From: Opitutales bacterium
GTDB taxonomy: Bacteria; Verrucomicrobiota; Verrucomicrobiia; Opitutales; PNEW01
Assembly (NCBI GenBank): GCA_965219535.1
Contig: CBDCNV010000002.1
Coordinates: 1,320,001-1,352,000 of the forward strand
Direction: 5' to 3'
Length of the DNA stretch: 32,000 bases
Shown here piece after piece: positions 24,245 through 32,000 of this stretch. Within the stretch, counting starts at the first letter, position 1; each line of letters starts with the position of its first letter. Below the pieces are notes generated by a model. That model was not told where the DNA came from. It did not search any database and worked only from the letters and a program-made list of their open reading frames with translations. Position numbers and translations under genes: made by a program.

Positions 24245-24628
24245 ATGAAAATTACTGAATTCGCATTTGTGGGGCATCCGGTAGAGAGTATGCAACGGGC
24301 ACGAAAATTTTATGAAGAAGTACTTCGACTTCCACCACCCAACGTCATCGATGGAGAATTAGATTCAGATAGTGGCTTTTTCGAATATGAAATAGGTCCC
24401 CACACACTCGCTATCACAACTGCATGGGAGGATGGTAAACCACCTGAGTTTCCAAGTTCTGGACTCGCACTTGAAGTCGAAAACTTTGACGAAGCTATCC
24501 AACACATTAAGGACTGCGGTGTCAGCATTGATCTTGGGCCCGCTGAGTGCTGGAGTTGTTTTATTGCCATAATCTCTGATCCCGATGGTAACAAGATAGG
24601 CATTCATAAGAGAAAACCAGGCAGATAA
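24245..24628 (+). CDS. VOC/glyoxalase family protein
   Basis: GHPVESMQRARKFYEEVL and DPDGNKIGIH blocks; 127 aa. Confidence 0.8.
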   Translation: MKITEFAFVGHPVESMQRARKFYEEVLRLPPPNVIDGELDSDSGFFEYEIGPHTLAITTAWEDGKPPEFPSSGLALEVENFDEAIQHIKDCGVSIDLGPAECWSCFIAIISDPDGNKIGIHKRKPGR

Positions 24629-25083
24629 TGAATCATCAGATTTCAGCTGGAGGTCTGGTGGTCAAAGACGACAAGCTTTTGCTTGTTCGTCACAATAAAG
24701 AGGGTGCCTATGATTTTTGGGTGGCACCGGGCGGCGGAGTACAGGGATCTGAAAGCATTTTCGAGGCTGTAAAAAGGGAAGTTTTGGAAGAGACACGCAT
24801 TCTCGTAGAGCCGTGCAAGATGGCGTATATAGAGGAATTATATAACCCTAAGGATAGATTAATTAAAGTTTGGGTGTTTTGTGACTATCTATCCGGGACC
24901 CCGTTTGTAGCGGAATCGGAAACTGCTCGTGAATACATAATTGAGGCGGGTTGGTTCGATAAATCAGAGTTGCAGAATCGAACTTTATTTCCTGATGTCT
25001 TAAAGAATGGATTCTTGAATGACCTCGAAAATAACTTCAACGAAGTAAAATATCTTCCAATTCGTGAGATGGAGTTTTATTAA
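24628..25083 (+). CDS. NUDIX hydrolase
   Basis: Nudix box GGGVQGSESIFEAVKREVLEETRI (G-x5-E-x7-REVxEE). The start overlaps the previous stop by 1 nt (TAATG). Confidence 0.9.
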   Translation: MNHQISAGGLVVKDDKLLLVRHNKEGAYDFWVAPGGGVQGSESIFEAVKREVLEETRILVEPCKMAYIEELYNPKDRLIKVWVFCDYLSGTPFVAESETAREYIIEAGWFDKSELQNRTLFPDVLKNGFLNDLENNFNEVKYLPIREMEFY

Positions 25084-25116
25084 GAAATAATGATTTTATG
25101 GCCCTCTTGACTTCTA

Positions 25117-25158
25117 CTTAAAACTTAACACCTAAAATCTAAAACTGAAAAATCTTAA
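25117..25158 (+). repeat. heptamer array (CYTAAMA family)
   Basis: cttaaaa cttaaca cctaaaa tctaaaa ctgaaaa atcttaaa. Ends 11 nt before ATG 25170. Confidence 0.85.
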
Positions 25159-25169
25159 ATTTTTCAACA

Positions 25170-25967
25170 ATGCTAACCCCTGGACAGAAAGAACACTTCG
25201 ATACCTTTGGTTTTCTTGTCATACGACAGGTTTTCTCATCGCAGGAGATGAAAACGATTACCTGTGAGACGGAAAGGTTGTTTGATGAGCATCTTCACAA
25301 AAAACCTGTTGATAAAAATGAAGTGATAGATTTTTTCAAAATACACATAGATTATTTCGTTGAACAGAGCACAATATTGACCGACTTTTTAGTGGATGAC
25401 CGTATCTATCAAGTGATAGAAGATCTGTTGGAGCCGGAATTTATCTGGGTGGGTTCCGAGGGTAATAGATCGGATGGACCAAAAAGCGAGTGGCACCCGG
25501 ACCGCCGGTCGTATTTGAAAGGTGAAGAGCCGGACATTAATTACGTGCGGATAAAAGTTATGATTTATCTCGATAAGCTGACAGAAGATACGGGGAGCAT
25601 TCGATTTATTCCTGGTTCTCATAGGATGTCCTTTCATCAAGAGCTTGGCATTCAGGAGGAAAAACTCAGCACCAGGCCATTCGGTGTGGAGGGAAAAGAT
25701 ATTCCCTGTTTTCCTGTGGAATCCATACCGGGTGATATTGTCTTCTTTAATCAATGCCTTTGGCATGCAGTCTTCAACGGTCGAAATGGCCGCCGGTTTG
25801 TCGCGTTTAAATTTGCGGAAAAACCTACAACCAGGCGTCACCTTAACACCCTTTATCAATACCAGAAGGAAAAAGTAAAACCCCACGATCTCTACCGGAA
25901 GAGCGACCATCCGCGTATCCGGAGGATGGCGGTAGATATCACAGAGCTTGATTCCCAGTTTACATAA
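25170..25967 (+). CDS. phytanoyl-CoA dioxygenase (PhyH) family oxygenase
   Basis: N-terminus QKEHFDTFGFLVIRQVFSSQEM is paralogous to the 17214 gene. H-x-D (WHPD) and distal His (LWHAVFNG). Confidence 0.85.
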   Translation: MLTPGQKEHFDTFGFLVIRQVFSSQEMKTITCETERLFDEHLHKKPVDKNEVIDFFKIHIDYFVEQSTILTDFLVDDRIYQVIEDLLEPEFIWVGSEGNRSDGPKSEWHPDRRSYLKGEEPDINYVRIKVMIYLDKLTEDTGSIRFIPGSHRMSFHQELGIQEEKLSTRPFGVEGKDIPCFPVESIPGDIVFFNQCLWHAVFNGRNGRRFVAFKFAEKPTTRRHLNTLYQYQKEKVKPHDLYRKSDHPRIRRMAVDITELDSQFT

Positions 25968-25977
25968 TCCTTTTGTA

Positions 25978-26010
25978 TTAACACCTAAAACCTGACACGC
26001 GCATCAGCGC
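25978..26010 (+). repeat. heptamer array (CYTAAMA family) + GCGCATCAGCGC
   Basis: ttaacacctaaaacctgacac followed by gcgcatcagcgc, the same 12-mer as at 20646-20657. Confidence 0.8.
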
Positions 26011-26036
26011 ATCGTCCTTATGGCTCATTCTCAATA

Positions 26037-27344
26037 ATGGGATACTTGAGATCAAAGAATAAGATTACGGTACCACAAATACTCCTGGGGGTAGCAGTAA
26101 TCGGTGTTTTGTTTCTAGGGTGGGGTTATTACAGATCGCATCGCGAACAAAGTGCGAATGGGAAAGTCCATCTCGTTCTCGCTCTCAATGTTGATAGCTA
26201 TACACTGCCAATATTCAAAGCCGCAGTAGAGTCATTTACGCAAACGCACCGGCATATTGAGGTGGAAATACGAACTGTATCTGGAAGTCGTTATTACCAG
26301 AAAGTATTGACCATGATGGCAGGAAAAATGGCGCCCGACTTAATGTGGATGGGTGTAAGCTTTGCGGAATTTGCTGACCGCGGTGCATTTTTTGATATCA
26401 CCAATAAGGTGAATAAAGAGGTTAATACAGAAGATTTTTTACCCCGGGCTCTCAGTTGGTACCGCGTTAATGGCAGGCAATATGGTGTTCCCTATGCCAT
26501 TCATATGAACATCTTTGCTTACAATAAAAAGCTCTTTGATGAGGCGGGCATACCCTATCCCTCGGACGACTGGAACTTTGATGAGTTTTTGGCGATCGCT
26601 AAAAAATTGACAATCGACAAAGATGGCGATGGTCGAATCGATCAATACGGTTTCCGTGGCGGGTTATACCCAGGTTCTTTTGGCGCCGAGATTATTTCTA
26701 CGGACGGTCAGCGAGCCCTATGTAATACTCCAGAGATGATTAAGTATATCCAGACGGATTTGGATCTCGCCCATAAATATAAGGTTCAACCATCAATGGA
26801 AATTCAACTTCACGAGGGAACACATAATCCTGATATATATACTCCTTTTATCCAGGGGCGTTATGCGATAATTAATATATGGGATGCGCAGCGACCAAGA
26901 TCGATTGAGAAATTTTCAATGATGGATTGGGACTTTGTCCTCAGCCCTAAAGTGAAACGGCGTATACAATGGGCCTCAAGCGCGGCTATTGTTATTTCCG
27001 CGGATACACGATATCCCGATGAAGCCTGGGAACTGTGTAAAGTTTTTTTCGGTGATGAATTTCAAAAAGCGATCGCGATTATTTGCCTTCCCCCCAATTT
27101 AAGGGTAGCAGCAGAGTTCATCGCTGAACACAGAGGTCCCCCCATGAATTTAAAAGCTCTGCTCAAAGCAAAAGACTATATTTATGTTACTCCTCGTGTG
27201 CCCAATATATCAGAACTGAATGCCATTTGGGGCAATGAAAAGGATCGAGCGTTATTGGGCTTTGCAACACCAACCGAAGCGATGGAAGAAGCGCAAAAGA
27301 AGATTACCCGTGCAATAGAAAAATTTAATAGAAGAAAGTATTAG
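26037..27344 (+). CDS. ABC transporter substrate-binding protein (carbohydrate-type, family 1), membrane-anchored
   Basis: N-terminal TM anchor, YYQKVLTMMAGKMAPDLMWMG and later blocks typical of sugar SBPs. No permease or ATPase genes adjacent. Confidence 0.7.
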   Translation: MGYLRSKNKITVPQILLGVAVIGVLFLGWGYYRSHREQSANGKVHLVLALNVDSYTLPIFKAAVESFTQTHRHIEVEIRTVSGSRYYQKVLTMMAGKMAPDLMWMGVSFAEFADRGAFFDITNKVNKEVNTEDFLPRALSWYRVNGRQYGVPYAIHMNIFAYNKKLFDEAGIPYPSDDWNFDEFLAIAKKLTIDKDGDGRIDQYGFRGGLYPGSFGAEIISTDGQRALCNTPEMIKYIQTDLDLAHKYKVQPSMEIQLHEGTHNPDIYTPFIQGRYAIINIWDAQRPRSIEKFSMMDWDFVLSPKVKRRIQWASSAAIVISADTRYPDEAWELCKVFFGDEFQKAIAIICLPPNLRVAAEFIAEHRGPPMNLKALLKAKDYIYVTPRVPNISELNAIWGNEKDRALLGFATPTEAMEEAQKKITRAIEKFNRRKY

Positions 27345-27366
27345 CAGAGGAGGCGCTGAAGCGCCA

Positions 27367-27395
27367 GTGAACAGTGAACAGTGAACAGTGAATCA
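27367..27395 (+). repeat. heptamer array (GTGAACA)x4
   Basis: gtgaacagtgaacagtgaacagtgaatca. Preceded by the mini-hairpin GGCGCTGAAGCGCC (27352-27365) just after the SBP stop. Confidence 0.9.
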
Positions 27396-27479
27396 ATTTC
27401 CGATTTCCGATTGTCGATAGACGATTGTAGAGTGACGTGGATGTATGGATGATTAGAATATTGGAAAGTTGGGTAAACC
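27396..27479 (+). repeat. decaying heptamer array (ATTTCCG-derived), 12 units
   Basis: Parses in strict 7-nt register: atttccg atttccg attgtcg atagacg attgtag agtgacg tggatgt atggatg attagaa tattgga aagttgg gtaaacc. Confidence 0.7.
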
Positions 27480-27527
27480 AGTAGTATACCCCCGTATTCA
27501 TCCATACTTTCAAAAATCCAGCTAAGA

Positions 27528-27578
27528 TCTGAAACTTGACCCCAAAAACTTAAAACCTAACACGCACGTAAGCGCTCC
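27528..27578 (+). repeat. heptamer array (CYTAAMA family) + GC-rich end
   Basis: tctgaaacttgaccccaaaaacttaaaacctaacac followed by gcacgtaagcgc. Confidence 0.7.
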
Positions 27579-27581
27579 CCA

Positions 27582-27601
27582 CTTTGGACCTTCGACTTTT
27601 C
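27582..27601 (-). repeat. short octamer array, inverted orientation
   Basis: ctttggaccttcgacttttc, 32 nt upstream of ATG 27634. Confidence 0.6.
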
Positions 27602-27633
27602 AATACCTATTTTAGCATTCTTATAATTCAACA

Positions 27634-28440
27634 ATGACATTTAAGTTAGGCTACTGTGCAATACACTGGAAAAATCCGGATTTAGAACCGGCCTTAGAAG
27701 CGCTTAAGGAAGCGGGTTGGGACGGTTGGGAAGGGCGCTTGCCCCTGAATTGGCTTGGTACACCGCAACACGTACGGCGTATATGTGAAAATGTCGACAT
27801 GCCCCTGGCCATATTTACAGCCGCTGGTTCGCCAGATAATCGCGCACGCGAAAACAGCGAACTGAACAAGCGTCGTATCGACTTTGCCGCTGAAGTCGGG
27901 GCCGATTGCTTTATGTATATGAACGGGGACAAGCCGGAGGGGCGAGTAGTGAATGATGATGATCTCAAGATTGCGGCTGAAGGTGCTGAGATGTGGGCTG
28001 ATTATGCCGCGCAATACAACTTGGAGATAAGTTATCATATTCATACCAACTTATTGGTCGATAGTTCAGAGCACTGGAAATCCTATATGGGTTATCTCAA
28101 CAAGGCTAAACTCTGTATCGATGTATCGCACTCACATTTATGGGGCTATGACCCGGTCGAATCTATTCGAGACTTTAAAGATCACCTGAATTACATTCAT
28201 TTACAGGACTATACCTCCTACACTCAGCATGAGGATGGCTACCATGATCCCGTCTGGTGCGCCGTTGGGGAGGCAGAAGCCTGTGACTTCCCCGCGATAG
28301 CGACAGTACTCAAAGAAATTAACTATGATAGTTGGGTTACAGGTTGTCCCGGTGCGCCGCAGCCAGGAAAAGATGATGCATTGAGCATGGCTGAGTCCAG
28401 TCAATCGATGTGCGCTTATATGCGCCGGGTTGGTTACTGA
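27634..28440 (+). CDS. sugar phosphate isomerase/epimerase (xylose isomerase-like TIM barrel)
   Basis: About 268 aa, with LEALKEAGWDGWEG, YHIHTN and IHLQDY blocks. Confidence 0.8.
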   Translation: MTFKLGYCAIHWKNPDLEPALEALKEAGWDGWEGRLPLNWLGTPQHVRRICENVDMPLAIFTAAGSPDNRARENSELNKRRIDFAAEVGADCFMYMNGDKPEGRVVNDDDLKIAAEGAEMWADYAAQYNLEISYHIHTNLLVDSSEHWKSYMGYLNKAKLCIDVSHSHLWGYDPVESIRDFKDHLNYIHLQDYTSYTQHEDGYHDPVWCAVGEAEACDFPAIATVLKEINYDSWVTGCPGAPQPGKDDALSMAESSQSMCAYMRRVGY

Positions 28441-28451
28441 ATAAGGGGTTC

Positions 28452-28559
28452 AGGGAGAAAGATATACGATGTTTGATATCCGACCTTTGATGTGCGAAGG
28501 AAATTCCAATACATCATAAATCGAATATCGGATATCAAACGTCGGATATCTTTCCCCCT
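28452..28559. terminator. about 32-bp imperfect inverted repeat of GATATCC-type heptamers; candidate bidirectional terminator
   Basis: Left arm agggagaaagatatacgatgtttgatatccga (28452-28483). Right arm tcggatatcaaacgtcggatatctttccccct (28528-28559), about 4 mismatches. Between convergent stops at 28440 and 28591. A further direct copy cgtcggatatcatt lies at 28564-28577. Confidence 0.45.
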
Positions 28560-28590
28560 CGCACGTCGGATATCATTCCCAAAACGAAAA

Positions 28591-29733
28591 CTACCAGTCA
28601 GCTACGCTACCATCGGTCTCGTAAAAATATTCACCGCCCAGTTCTTCTGAGTATTGGTCAATATTCTTTTCCACCGCCTGTTCATCAATTTCGAAACCGA
28701 GACCCGGTTTGGTCGGTAACTCGATATGGCCGTCTACAACCTGCCAGGGATCTTTGAATAGTCCCTCACCGAGGCCCTGATCGATTTGTTCCTGGGCGAG
28801 GAAGTTGGGTATCACCGCGTCGACGTGCATACACGCCGTAAATGCAATCGGCCCGATGGCACAGTGGGGGAGGACATGAATATAGTAAACTTCAGCCATG
28901 TTTGCGATTTTCTTGAGTTCGGTGATACCGCCAGCATGTGAGCCGTCAGGCTGAATGAAGGCGACAGCCTGTTTCTCAAACACCTCGCGAAATTCCCAGC
29001 GTGAGAGCAGGCGTTCCCCGGTCGCAATTGGAAAAGGTACGTGGTCTGAGACCTGTTTGAGCGCGTCGACGTTCTCCTGCGGGACCGGTTCTTCGACAAA
29101 GAGCGGACGCATCCCTTTAATCTCATGGCAAATCTCAATCGCGAGAGCAGGCGTCATCTTGCCGTGGAAGTCAAAAGCCAGTTCAATATCCGGGCCGACC
29201 CACTCACGCATCAGGTAGGCGCGTTTTACAAATTCATCAATAACCTTGGGCGGCTCATGGCCGCGCCACTTGCCACCGGGCCCCGTCTTAAATGCGGTGT
29301 AGCTGCTTTTCTGGAGCCATTCCAAGCGTTCTTTTGCTTCAGCCAAACCTTCATCGCTCAAGTCATGAATACCCCAGTGGGCATAGACGCAGATGCGGTC
29401 ACGGACAGGTCCGCCCAACAGTTCATAAACCGGCACACCGTAGTGCTTGCCCGCAATATCCCACAGTGCCTGATCGAGCCCGGAAAGCGCAGTCATCAGG
29501 ATAGGGCCACCCCGGTAAAATGCCGAGCGGTAGATGTGCTGCCAGTGGTGTTCGATGCGGAGAGGGTCTTTCCCGACGAGATAATCCGCCAACTCTTCGA
29601 CCGCGGATGAAGTGCTTTTAGGTTTACCTTCGAGTGTGGTTTCTCCCCAACCGACGAGGCCATTATCGGTGGTTACTTTAACAAAGCGTACTCGTGGGCG
29701 TGGAAAAAACTGTTCAACTTTTGCGATTTTCAA
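28591..29733 (-). CDS. dgoD: D-galactonate dehydratase-like enolase-superfamily enzyme
   Basis: (M)KIAKVEQFFPRPRVRFVKVTTDNGLVGWGE...FYRGGPILMTALSGLDQALWDIAGKHYGVPVYELLGGPVRD closely parallels E. coli DgoD as I remember it. TTG at 29733 with AGGA 8 nt upstream gives about 380 aa. The listed 29832 start runs into the palindromic repeat. Confidence 0.85.
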   Translation of the reverse strand: MKIAKVEQFFPRPRVRFVKVTTDNGLVGWGETTLEGKPKSTSSAVEELADYLVGKDPLRIEHHWQHIYRSAFYRGGPILMTALSGLDQALWDIAGKHYGVPVYELLGGPVRDRICVYAHWGIHDLSDEGLAEAKERLEWLQKSSYTAFKTGPGGKWRGHEPPKVIDEFVKRAYLMREWVGPDIELAFDFHGKMTPALAIEICHEIKGMRPLFVEEPVPQENVDALKQVSDHVPFPIATGERLLSRWEFREVFEKQAVAFIQPDGSHAGGITELKKIANMAEVYYIHVLPHCAIGPIAFTACMHVDAVIPNFLAQEQIDQGLGEGLFKDPWQVVDGHIELPTKPGLGFEIDEQAVEKNIDQYSEELGGEYFYETDGSVADW

Positions 29734-29832
29734 AGTGGTTATCCTTTTTTTAATTATGAGATATGAACGGTGAATTTTTTTTGGAAAAGTAGCAAAACGA
29801 TTCTGAGAATTTATAAAAGTCAATTCCTCCAA

Positions 29833-29938
29833 TTGTCATTGCGAGGAGCAACGCGACGCGGCAATCCAGGGGGTAACTATACGCAACAGACATTTCCCTG
29901 GATCGCCGCATTCAGCTACGCTTCATTCGCGATGACAA
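29833..29938 (+). repeat. MITE-like palindromic element, copy 5
   Basis: TTGTCATTGCGAGGAGCAACGCGACGCGGCAATCCAGGGGG...CCCTGGATCGCCGC...CATTCGCGATGACAA, between the cytochrome stop and the dgoD start. Confidence 0.85.
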
Positions 29939-29963
29939 AACAAGGTATGACCTTTTGACTATT

Positions 29964-30944
29964 TCAAAATAAATCATTAATTGTCACCGGTTCGGTTGTC
30001 TCACCATTTGTTGATTTGAGGAAGGCAATAATGTCCAACAGTTGGACAAGGGTGTAGCGTTGACCATAAGTGTCTGGCATCGCCGATGGACGTAGTAACT
30101 CAAAGCTTTTTATCTGGTCTGTTTTTATCGACCTCAGGACAGGGGGGAGACTCGTGACGTCGTAAACTTTGGTACGTGTAGAGCTTTCACTGACTTTTAC
30201 CGCCTCAAGTTTCTCACCGTCATGAGTCGTCAGCGAAAAAAGTTGTCCAGCTGCGGTGGAGACGGAGTCGGGAAGGATTATATCTTTGAGAATCTCACGC
30301 GCGGACCTTCCCGCAATGCCACTTAGATCAGGTCCTACATTTGTGGCATTGCTGTTAAAGCGGTGACAGGCAGCACAATTCAAATCATCACTGAGATCAA
30401 AAAACAGCAACTTTCCTTTTTCCGGATCACCCGTCATAACAGAAGAATGATTCTCGCCTGACGCTTGATTGTCCGTGATAGGCTGAGATGCGACTCTTTT
30501 CAACGGTGTGGGTGCTGAGAGATCAGATGAAGTTACATCACTGTGAAGTGGAGGCTCGGGATCGTTCGGACCCAATTTTGAAAGCGTCCCGATATAGGCT
30601 ACGACCGCTAGGATTTCCTCACCGCTGAGTCGGGATTTCCAACCGGCCATGGATGAGTTCGGAACACCATCCTCTATCACTTTAATTAAATAATCACTAT
30701 CCCAGTTTTTTCCCCGTAAGCGAGGACCTCCTCCGACACGACCGGCTTTTCCATGGCAATAACCTACTGAGCAACTCTGCTCGAAAACAGCGCGCCCCAC
30801 CTTTAGGACATTTACGTCCGGGGACGAAATGGCCGGCACTTTCGAAATTAACGGAATTGGTGAGAGGCATACACACCCTATTACGAGACTGAAGATCAAT
30901 CTCTCTCGCCACTTCAGACTCGACCTCTTAGCGTAACCGCGCAT
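29964..30944 (-). CDS. membrane-anchored dihaem c-type cytochrome with Pirellula/Verrucomicrobium-type heme-binding domain
   Basis: N-terminal TM segment. First site CSVGYCH (C-x4-CH), second CAACH followed by GPDLSGI...ILPDS...DGEKLEAV...SAMP...LLDIIAFL. ATG at 30944 preferred; TTG at 30968 is possible. Confidence 0.8.
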   Translation of the reverse strand: MRGYAKRSSLKWRERLIFSLVIGCVCLSPIPLISKVPAISSPDVNVLKVGRAVFEQSCSVGYCHGKAGRVGGGPRLRGKNWDSDYLIKVIEDGVPNSSMAGWKSRLSGEEILAVVAYIGTLSKLGPNDPEPPLHSDVTSSDLSAPTPLKRVASQPITDNQASGENHSSVMTGDPEKGKLLFFDLSDDLNCAACHRFNSNATNVGPDLSGIAGRSAREILKDIILPDSVSTAAGQLFSLTTHDGEKLEAVKVSESSTRTKVYDVTSLPPVLRSIKTDQIKSFELLRPSAMPDTYGQRYTLVQLLDIIAFLKSTNGETTEPVTINDLF

Positions 30945-30988
30945 GTGAACCCTATCTCGATGACGCAACGCTCAGGTGAAGTAGGTAT

Positions 30989-32000
30989 TTATTTTCCAAG
31001 CGCAAAAACGAAAAGAGCGCTGCCACTCGGGAAGTCTTCAATCTCTGGCCAAATTTGCGGCATGATGCCGGCGACAGCAGAACCCCAACCAGCGGGAACC
31101 GCGATGTACTGTCTTCCGTCGACCGCGTATGTCATGGGTGAACCACGATGACCTGAACCCGTGTTGAAACTCCAAAGCTTCTTACCCGAAACCGCATCGA
31201 GGGCAAAAAAATCTCCCTCTGGGTCACCCGTGAATACGAGATTGCCCCCTGTTGCTACGGCGGAAGCGAGGAGGGGATATTTAGAACGGTAACTCCATTT
31301 CTTTTTTCCAGTAACCGGATCGTAGGCATCGAAGTGGCTCCATGCCTCTCCTTCAGGTGTTCGCCGAAGCTCAAAGACCCCACCAAAAAAAGGCTCTCCC
31401 GGTTTTGGTTTCTCTTCTTGTACCGTCAAGTTCTGACACCACTCAATTCCCGTTGTATAAAACAATCCCGTTTTCGGGCTATAGGCTGCGTGGTTCCAAC
31501 TGCGTCCCCCGCCAATCGAGGGGCAGATGATCGTTTGCTCTCCTACCTTGGGTTCAAATCGATCCAGGAGCTGACCATTTGCATCGATACCACTGATCCA
31601 GTTGATCTTTTCAGCGAGCGGCCAGGCGTTTATGAACTCACCATTGGTTCGATCCATTACCCACGTGTAGCCACCCTTGTTTGGATTAACCAGTAGTTTA
31701 CGTTTTACGCCTTTGACTTTCAAATCCAGTAAAACGCATTCATAGGCCGCGTCCCAGTCCCAGACATCATGGGGAATCTCCTGGTGATACCATATAAGCT
31801 CCCCACTGTCCGGATTCAGGGCAACAATACTATCGGTATAGAGATTATCCCCCTCGCGGTCTTTCCCATAAAAGTCGGCCGCGGGATTACCCACACCCCA
31901 GTATACTAAATTGAGCTCTGGATCGTAGGAACCGGTCATCCAGGTAGAGCCACCTCCATACTTCCAGCTATCCCCAAGCCAGGTCTCATTACCCTCCACT
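30989..32000 (-). CDS. PQQ-dependent dehydrogenase (quinoprotein alcohol/sugar dehydrogenase family), C-terminal part; N-terminus outside window
   Basis: YGGGSTWMTGSYDPELNLVYWGVGNP, GDNLYTDSIVALNPDSGELIWYHQEIPHDVWDWD. The frame is open to the window edge. Confidence 0.85.
   Translation of the reverse strand, partial: VEGNETWLGDSWKYGGGSTWMTGSYDPELNLVYWGVGNPAADFYGKDREGDNLYTDSIVALNPDSGELIWYHQEIPHDVWDWDAAYECVLLDLKVKGVKRKLLVNPNKGGYTWVMDRTNGEFINAWPLAEKINWISGIDANGQLLDRFEPKVGEQTIICPSIGGGRSWNHAAYSPKTGLFYTTGIEWCQNLTVQEEKPKPGEPFFGGVFELRRTPEGEAWSHFDAYDPVTGKKKWSYRSKYPLLASAVATGGNLVFTGDPEGDFFALDAVSGKKLWSFNTGSGHRGSPMTYAVDGRQYIAVPAGWGSAVAGIMPQIWPEIEDFPSGSALFVFALGK

Noticed and set aside
27352-27365. GGCGCTGAAGCGCC mini-hairpin after the SBP stop as a classical intrinsic terminator.
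   Set aside because: It has only a 5-bp stem and is followed by the GTGAACA array rather than a U-tract. It is kept only as part of the composite repeat description.
1967-27601. Possibility that the tandem arrays are CRISPR arrays.
   Set aside because: The units are 6-8 nt and directly abutting with no spacers. Arrays are only 20-45 nt long and no cas genes are present.
1-32000. Defence island, prophage or integrative element.
   Set aside because: No integrase, transposase, recombinase, reverse transcriptase, nuclease/ATPase defence-type genes, phage structural genes or tRNA attachment site could be recognised. The content is metabolic.

Overview
This is a gene-dense (about 28 CDS) carbohydrate and sugar-acid catabolic region from a bacterial chromosome. 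I saw no rRNA, tRNA, CRISPR, transposase, integrase or recognisable defence genes, and I cannot name one cryptic system with confidence.

Gene content:
- Three enolase-superfamily dehydratases: one L-rhamnonate-dehydratase-like and frameshifted, one DgoD-like, one unassigned.
- An HpcH-type aldolase and an isopropylmalate/tartrate-dehydrogenase-family enzyme.
- Three phytanoyl-CoA-dioxygenase (PhyH) paralogs.
- Two BNR/GH33 sialidase-type genes flanking a small beta-barrel outer-membrane gene.
- A GH32 homolog, a clan-GH-D-like protein and a large unknown alpha/alpha-barrel-like protein.
- A solute-binding protein and a PQQ dehydrogenase with a dedicated c-type cytochrome.
- Small housekeeping-type enzymes: GNAT, NUDIX, VOC, ABM, YbaK, dienelactone hydrolase and a serine hydrolase.

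The cytochrome carries a Pirellula/Verrucomicrobium-type heme-binding domain. That and the gene content suggest a PVC-related or sponge-symbiont-like (Poribacteria-like) organism, but this is only a guess.

The most unusual signal is non-coding:
- Almost every intergenic gap holds short period-7 or period-8 tandem 'word' arrays, for example (GTCAAAAR)n, (CYTAAMA)n, (GGGTTCA)4 and (GTGAACA)n.
- A 105-128 bp palindromic MITE-like element occurs in five copies.
- Several smaller shared motifs recur between gaps.
- The octamer arrays show a strand rule relative to gene ends. Some arrays abut start codons or are read through as Lys/Ser-rich C-terminal tails.

The strongest leads are the repeat architecture, a GH32 homolog lacking its acid/base Glu, and a small ORF translationally coupled to a PhyH gene.
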